A DNA stretch of 37,655 bases. Source: a virus. Taxonomy: Duplodnaviria; Caudoviricetes. Shown here piece after piece: positions 32,851 through 37,655 of the stretch. Within the stretch, counting starts at the first letter, position 1, and each line of letters begins with the position of its first letter. The stretch is from positions 1 through 37,655 of the IMG/VR virus record IMGVR_UViG_3300042299_000585; one strand, given 5' to 3'. Under the pieces are notes generated by a model, which was not told the origin of the DNA, did not search any database, and saw nothing but the letters and a program-made list of their open reading frames with translations. The translations under genes and the position numbers were made by a program.

Positions 32851-33243
32851 TCAGTCACCCCACTCTTCAGACGGCCACGCCGGCAGGTCTACGGTTTGAT
32901 TGGCCAGCTCGTGCGTGCAATCGCCCAGGAACTGGATGCGGCCATCGGTCACGAAGGAGTGGCAGCACTTTTGAACCATGTTCAGGCGCTGGCCAGGCTG
33001 CAAGGCTTTGATTTCGGCCTGCAGCACCTCGGGCTGGTGAAGGCTTGCCGGTTCTTCCCACCGCACCAAGACTGAAGGCGTGAACGTGGGCGCGCACGAG
33101 TTGCCGTTGTATCCCCAGCGCGGGCCGGGCCCGGAGCCGATCTGGACCGTGTGCGGCCCGTCGCAGCCAGGGCAGAAGAACTTCACGCGCCCGCTGCCAG
33201 GCTCATCTCCCGCCTGCGTGTCGATCTTGGATAGCTTGCTCAT
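32851..33243 (-). CDS. DUF6527-like Cys/His protein
   Basis: FFCPGCDGPH...WGYNGN...PTFTPSVLV...CHSFVTDGRIQFLGDCTHELANQTVDLP. Confidence 0.8.
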   Translation of the reverse strand: MSKLSKIDTQAGDEPGSGRVKFFCPGCDGPHTVQIGSGPGPRWGYNGNSCAPTFTPSVLVRWEEPASLHQPEVLQAEIKALQPGQRLNMVQKCCHSFVTDGRIQFLGDCTHELANQTVDLPAWPSEEWGD

Positions 33244-33788
33244 GCAGCACCCGCCACGCGCTTGCTGAGCCAGCCGTAGGCGAAGCGCTCCTGGCTGGGT
33301 TTGGCTTCACAGATCTCGATGTAGCGGACCGCCTGCAGGCCGTTGAGCGTGGCCAACAGCGTGCGCACGCCCTCGATGCCGCGCACCTCGAGGAAGCGGG
33401 TCAGGGCCTGCACGGTCATGGGGCCGATCTGCCCGTCGACGGTCAGATCCGGGTAGAGCTTGGCCTGGTCGTTCAGCACGTTGAGCGCGCGCTGCAGGAA
33501 GCGGGCAGCCACGCCCTGCCCCATGTTCACACCGGTGTCGAGCAGCTCTTCGGCAATGGCGGGCGCCACGGCGTGGATGCGGTCGAACCGAGGCTCGAGC
33601 CAGTAGCGGCGCAGGTAGATGTCTTGCGCGGTGCTGCGCGGCATGTCACGCATCGGCCCGGTGTAGCCATAGGCGCGCGCCACAGCCACCGTGATGCCCC
33701 AGTTGGTCTCGCCACCGGCATCAGCCGGGTCGTTCACGTAGCCGCCTTCGCGGCCCAGCAGATCGCGGATGTAGTCGTTGATGTTCAT
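33240..33788 (-). CDS. Endolysin, glycoside hydrolase family 108 with peptidoglycan-binding domain
   Basis: EGGYVNDPADAGGETNWGIT, DTGVNMG, VDGQIGPMT and FAYGWL motifs. Confidence 0.95.
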   Translation of the reverse strand: MNINDYIRDLLGREGGYVNDPADAGGETNWGITVAVARAYGYTGPMRDMPRSTAQDIYLRRYWLEPRFDRIHAVAPAIAEELLDTGVNMGQGVAARFLQRALNVLNDQAKLYPDLTVDGQIGPMTVQALTRFLEVRGIEGVRTLLATLNGLQAVRYIEICEAKPSQERFAYGWLSKRVAGAA

Positions 33789-34186
33789 GGCAGCTTGTCC
33801 TTTGCAAACTCAATGAGCGCCTTCCACAGGCCAAAGCAGGCGGCGGCAAAGATGCTCAGAAACACCAGCTTTTTGCCCAACCACTCCACGGCACCCCCCA
33901 TCCAGCCAATGACCTTGAAGCCGCTCTCGATGCTGGCCCAGGTGCTGACCATGGTGGCGGTGGCCGCCTCGATGCGGGCGGTGGCTTCGGTGTTGGCCTT
34001 GAGGTCCGCGGCCTGCTGCATGAGCTGGCGCTCAATGGCCGCCATGCGGGCGGCGCCTTCGTGGAGCTGGGCTTGCTGGCTACGCAGCTCGCGCGCGACA
34101 TAGCCGCGCCATTCTTCATCTGTGCGGGGCATGGGCGCGTCCTCGTCTGGGGCCTGCGCGGTGCTATGCAGCGGGCTGGGGTTCAT
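33785..34186 (-). CDS. Coiled-coil protein with C-terminal TM helix (lysis-associated, holin/antiholin candidate)
   Basis: RMAAIERQL..LKANTEAT..IE, then a TM helix; ATGA-coupled to the endolysin. Confidence 0.6.
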   Translation of the reverse strand: MNPSPLHSTAQAPDEDAPMPRTDEEWRGYVARELRSQQAQLHEGAARMAAIERQLMQQAADLKANTEATARIEAATATMVSTWASIESGFKVIGWMGGAVEWLGKKLVFLSIFAAACFGLWKALIEFAKDKLP

Positions 34187-34655
34187 GGTCTGGGCCTTGC
34201 GGTTTGGGTTCTGGAACAGCCACGCGCTTGGCGCGCAGCTCGGCAATCTGTTCGTGCAGCTGCACTAGGCGCGCGCGGGCGGCTTGGCCTTCGGCCTCTG
34301 GCAACAGGCCCAGGGCGGCCAGCTGCACCTCGCGCAGGGGGCGGGCTTGGGCGGCCTCAAGGCGCTCGATGGCGCGCTGCAGCTGCAGGTTGTGGCGCAG
34401 GGCGTGCTCGGTGGGCGTTTGCCAGCGACCCTCATCGGCCAGCCAGGTGCAGCCGGACTCAGGCTCTGGCGGCCGGCGCTCTGGTTGCGGCGCCAGGGTG
34501 TCTGGGCACACGTACAGGCAGCCGGGCGGCAGGTCAATCAGCGCGGCGCTGCAGCCCTCTGGCACGTTGCAGTCCAGCTGGTCTGGCGGGCAGCTGATGA
34601 CGCTGAGCACGCGGCCGGTGGCGCGATCGAAGGTGACCAGCTCGAGTGCGCTCAT
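34164..34655 (-). CDS. Tail-fibre-associated / assembly protein
   Basis: ATGA overlap with the fibre stop; FDRATGRVL...W...AIERLEAAQARPLRE...IAELRA pattern. Confidence 0.65.
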   Translation of the reverse strand: MSALELVTFDRATGRVLSVISCPPDQLDCNVPEGCSAALIDLPPGCLYVCPDTLAPQPERRPPEPESGCTWLADEGRWQTPTEHALRHNLQLQRAIERLEAAQARPLREVQLAALGLLPEAEGQAARARLVQLHEQIAELRAKRVAVPEPKPQGPDHEPQPAA

Positions 34656-37655
34656 CGCTTGAGTACCGCCAGGCTCATGGAGATGCCGCGGCTGGTGACG
34701 TTGCTGGCGCAACCCGGCCCGACGTTGATGATGGCGTGCTCATAGGTGACAGTGGCGGTGCTGCCCGTAGGCACACTCACCACAAATGAGCCGCCATGGT
34801 CTTGGGTGAAGTCATTGCTGCCCAGGGCCAAGCTGCCGCGCTCGAACTCACGGAACTCTGCGGGCTGTCCGGTGTAGGTGACGCCGCTCACGCGCACCGC
34901 GCCAGTGATTCTGGTGAGCGTGGTGGCGTCTGCGCTGCCCGTCACGCCGGCCGTGCCGGTGTGCAGTGCGTAGTAGTTGACCAGCACCTGCTGGGTCTCG
35001 CCTGTGGTGTTGGCAAAGCTCAGCGCGGCAATGGCCGTGGTGGTGGTGCCCACTGCACTGCGCGAGCTGCTCACATCAGTGGGCTTGGTGTCACTCACCA
35101 CCGTCACCGCGCCGGGGTTGATCTCGCGGGTGTTGATGGTGTTGGGGTTGACCAGGCTGGTGACGTTTCCAGGGGTGAGCGGGTTGCTGGGCTGCACCGC
35201 ATTGGGGTTGCCATAGGGACCGTACTCAATGCCGTCGATGCGCGCGGCGGGGTCAAAAATCACTACATCGCCAGCCAGCGTCAAGCCGCCAGCCACAGAA
35301 AGCGTGCGCAGCACGGTGCTGTTGCGCATGTAGCGCACCTGCGACCCGTCATAGGTGACGCTGAGCACATCGCCATCAGCCCAGGTGCCGAAGGTGCCGC
35401 GGAAGACACCGCTTTCGTAGATCTCAACGTTGCCGGCCGTGGTGCCGGTGATCCAGTAGTCGATGTCCACGTAGCCAGAGGTAGCCGCGGCATCTGTGTT
35501 CAAGCCAATGCCACCGCCGCCCGATCCACTGGGGTACGCGGCATTGCTGGTGCGAAACACGGCCCGAATGGTGGCACCGCCGGTGTAGGCCTCGCGCGTG
35601 TAGCAGCCGCAGTCTCCCCAGCCTGAGGTCGTGCCGGCCCGCTTGACGAGCGCATTGCCAATGACCTCAGAACTGGCGCCTGTGGCCACCAGCGCAGACG
35701 CAGGCGTGACCGCAGACCCGCTGCCATAAGCCGTGAGCCTCAAGCCTTCAATGCGCGCACCGCTATCCCGGGCGTTGGCACGCAAGCCCAAAGAGAGGCC
35801 GGGCGGCGCAGCCACGGTACGCAGCACCGTACCGTTGCGGATGTAACGCACCGCCGCCCCGTCATACAGAATGGCAAAGCTGTCACCGGCTGCATACGTG
35901 CCAAACGTGCCGCGAAACACGCCAGACTCCCAGAGCTCCACCTCGCCGGTGGCCGTTGGGTGCAGCCAGTAGTTGATGTCCAACACGCCCGCGCTGCCGC
36001 CGGGGTCTGCACTCAAGCCAAAGCCCACAGGACGGTTGTTAGCTGGCGTGCGGGCATAGACTGCAGCTCCGCCAAAGAAGCGGTCACGGGACCATGCCGC
36101 CACGTCCCACAGGCCGGACCCGCCTTGGTTGGCCAGGGCGTTGCCGGACACCACCGCGCTGGCCCCGTTCGGCACCAGCGCGATGTCTGCGGTGGCATTC
36201 AAGTCTCCAGTGAACATTTGCCCCAGCGTCACCGTGGTGGTGATGGTGTTAGCACTCAGGTTGCCGCTGCCATCCACCAGGCGCACGCCGAAGGTCCACT
36301 CCCCAGGGCCGGGGGCGTCGAGGTCTACCACTTCGCTGCCGGCCGCGCTGCCCGCCACTAGGCGCACGTTTTGCCCCAGGCGCGCGGCGCTGAGCCATGG
36401 GCCCAGGCTGGCGCCGCTGTTGAAGCGGATCTGCGCGCCGTCGATGTCGATGGGCAGCGCGGGCAGGCCGATCGTGAAGCGCCGCCGGCCGCTGGGCAGG
36501 GTGGTCACAGTGAGGCTGGTGGCATCGGGCGGCGGCGCGCTTTTGCCCACCACGGTGTGCGGGCTCAGGATGGTCCAGTCACTGACCACGCCGTTGTCCA
36601 GCACGTGGCGCAGGCGGATGCTGTAGGCGCTGGCCTCTTGCACGTCTGGCAGGAAGGCGGCGGCGGCATCGCCCCGCACCTCGATGCGGCGCCAGGTGGT
36701 ATCGACCACACGCCGATATTCCACCTCAGTGCGGCCGTTGCGCAGCACGTAGACGTTGGTGGGCTGGGTCCAGGTGACGCGAATTTGCGGGACGATGGTG
36801 CCGTCATCCAGCCGCACGAGGGTGGCGTTGCCGCTGGTGGCGGCGGCGCTGGCCGGGGCCGGAATGTTCCAGGGCTGCGGCAGGGTGGTGTTGGGCGCGG
36901 GGTCATAGGCCAGCGCATCGCCCCCGGCCCAGTTGTAGGCGGCGGCGGCCTCTTCCTGCAGGGTGAGGGTGACGCGTTGGGTGGCGAAGTTGAACTCGCG
37001 CTGGCGCACCATGAAGATCTTGTTCACCCAGCCGTAGCGGGCAATGCTCAGGGTGATGGTGTCACCGGCCTGCAGGCGGAAGGCCTTGAGGTTGAACTCA
37101 GCTGTGCAGGTGAGCGCCAGGCGGCTGCGGTCGAGCAGCTGCTTGGCAATGCGCTGCGCGCGGGTGGCGTCTTGCGTGTAGGGCAGCGTGAGGTCCAGCT
37201 CTTTGCGCTCGCCACCGTCTGCAGCTTCGTACAGCGCATTGGTGACGATGGGGAATTCGCTGGGCTGCCAGTTGCGCTGGGGGTCAATGAAGGTGCCCTT
37301 GACCGCGTTGAAGAGGTCAAACGCGCTGGCCTCTGGCACGATGCTCACGCCCCCGGCCAGGTCATTCTCATTGAGCGCGAGCACGGGGGCGCTGTAGGCC
37401 CCGGCCTTGAGCGTCCATTTACCCTGCTGGTAGATGGCGCTGCCGTTGCCCGCGGTGAGCATGTCGGGCAGCAGCTCTTCGGGGCTGGTGGCCAGCTCAA
37501 AGGCACCGTCGAGCGTGTAGCGCGGGTGGCTGCCGCCACCAGCCAGGGGCACCAGCTCATCACTCACGTTGGCGGCGGCAATGACGCTGGCAGTGTCAAT
37601 CTCACCCGCACTGAAGTTGCCGCCCTCTGCGCTGCGCAGGTAGTCATGCACGCAC
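34652..37655 (-). CDS. Central tail fibre / host-specificity protein (gpJ-like), C-terminal part
   Basis: FNAVKGTFIDP..WQPSEFP, AQRIAKQLL, LQAGDTI, FNIII-like domains, then two tandem lectin/SPRY-like domains and a terminal beta domain. Confidence 0.92.
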   Translation of the reverse strand, partial: CVHDYLRSAEGGNFSAGEIDTASVIAAANVSDELVPLAGGGSHPRYTLDGAFELATSPEELLPDMLTAGNGSAIYQQGKWTLKAGAYSAPVLALNENDLAGGVSIVPEASAFDLFNAVKGTFIDPQRNWQPSEFPIVTNALYEAADGGERKELDLTLPYTQDATRAQRIAKQLLDRSRLALTCTAEFNLKAFRLQAGDTITLSIARYGWVNKIFMVRQREFNFATQRVTLTLQEEAAAAYNWAGGDALAYDPAPNTTLPQPWNIPAPASAAATSGNATLVRLDDGTIVPQIRVTWTQPTNVYVLRNGRTEVEYRRVVDTTWRRIEVRGDAAAAFLPDVQEASAYSIRLRHVLDNGVVSDWTILSPHTVVGKSAPPPDATSLTVTTLPSGRRRFTIGLPALPIDIDGAQIRFNSGASLGPWLSAARLGQNVRLVAGSAAGSEVVDLDAPGPGEWTFGVRLVDGSGNLSANTITTTVTLGQMFTGDLNATADIALVPNGASAVVSGNALANQGGSGLWDVAAWSRDRFFGGAAVYARTPANNRPVGFGLSADPGGSAGVLDINYWLHPTATGEVELWESGVFRGTFGTYAAGDSFAILYDGAAVRYIRNGTVLRTVAAPPGLSLGLRANARDSGARIEGLRLTAYGSGSAVTPASALVATGASSEVIGNALVKRAGTTSGWGDCGCYTREAYTGGATIRAVFRTSNAAYPSGSGGGGIGLNTDAAATSGYVDIDYWITGTTAGNVEIYESGVFRGTFGTWADGDVLSVTYDGSQVRYMRNSTVLRTLSVAGGLTLAGDVVIFDPAARIDGIEYGPYGNPNAVQPSNPLTPGNVTSLVNPNTINTREINPGAVTVVSDTKPTDVSSSRSAVGTTTTAIAALSFANTTGETQQVLVNYYALHTGTAGVTGSADATTLTRITGAVRVSGVTYTGQPAEFREFERGSLALGSNDFTQDHGGSFVVSVPTGSTATVTYEHAIINVGPGCASNVTSRGISMSLAVLKR
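37529..37655. repeat. Terminal direct repeat (right copy)
   Basis: Identical to 1-127. Confidence 0.95.

Noticed and set aside
32849-32858. Lambda S-like dual-start holin (GTG 32858 / ATG 32849)
   Set aside because: The extension (M-T-D) has no basic residue and overlaps the upstream stop; the evidence is insufficient.
21458-33788. Genome-wide ssrA-like degrons, since many ORFs end in AA
   Set aside because: Many are explained by the GGNGCNGC(A/G)TGA RBS/start-stop overlap used for translational coupling. Only the Int case is tied to a recombination event.
34652-36200. Diversity-generating retroelement or invertible cassette acting on the fibre
   Set aside because: No reverse transcriptase or invertase is present, and the duplicated domains differ at all base types, not only adenines.
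37529-37655. 127-bp terminal repeat as a biological DTR
   Set aside because: It falls mid-gene, matches a typical assembler k-mer length, and the phage has a gpA terminase with a cos site elsewhere.

Overview
The window is an apparently complete circular genome of a temperate, high-GC lambda-like siphophage. Bases 1-127 are identical to 37529-37655, so the unique length is about 37,528 bp. A Betaproteobacterial/Burkholderiales-type host is a guess. The minus strand carries cro, a CII-like regulator, a degenerate HNH-HTH protein and an N-truncated replication-initiator-like protein. These are followed by a lambda-type cos, TerS/TerL, a Mor-type activator, gpW, portal, a three-gene fibre-like cassette and a protease-capsid fusion. 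The tail genes follow (frameshifted chaperone, TMP, Dit, hub, NlpC/P60, and a J-like fibre crossing the contig ends), then a lysis cassette. The plus strand carries cI, an early accessory operon (beta-barrel protein, DUF3310, ASCH-like protein, C5 methyltransferase), xis and a tyrosine integrase. Five observations stand out. (1) attP, the 3' half of tRNA-His, lies inside int, so integration should swap off a C-terminal RRKAA degron-like tail. (2) The replication module consists of a dead HNH-HTH, a ~320-nt hairpin-dense non-coding stretch and a headless initiator. (3) A repeat-thread/bead fibre cassette sits between portal and capsid. (4) Two copies of a leaderless late promoter share a TGTCTCA..TGAGAC dyad. 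(5) A structured ~280-nt leader precedes a small two-repeat protein next to attP. All family assignments come from motif recognition by eye; no searches were run.
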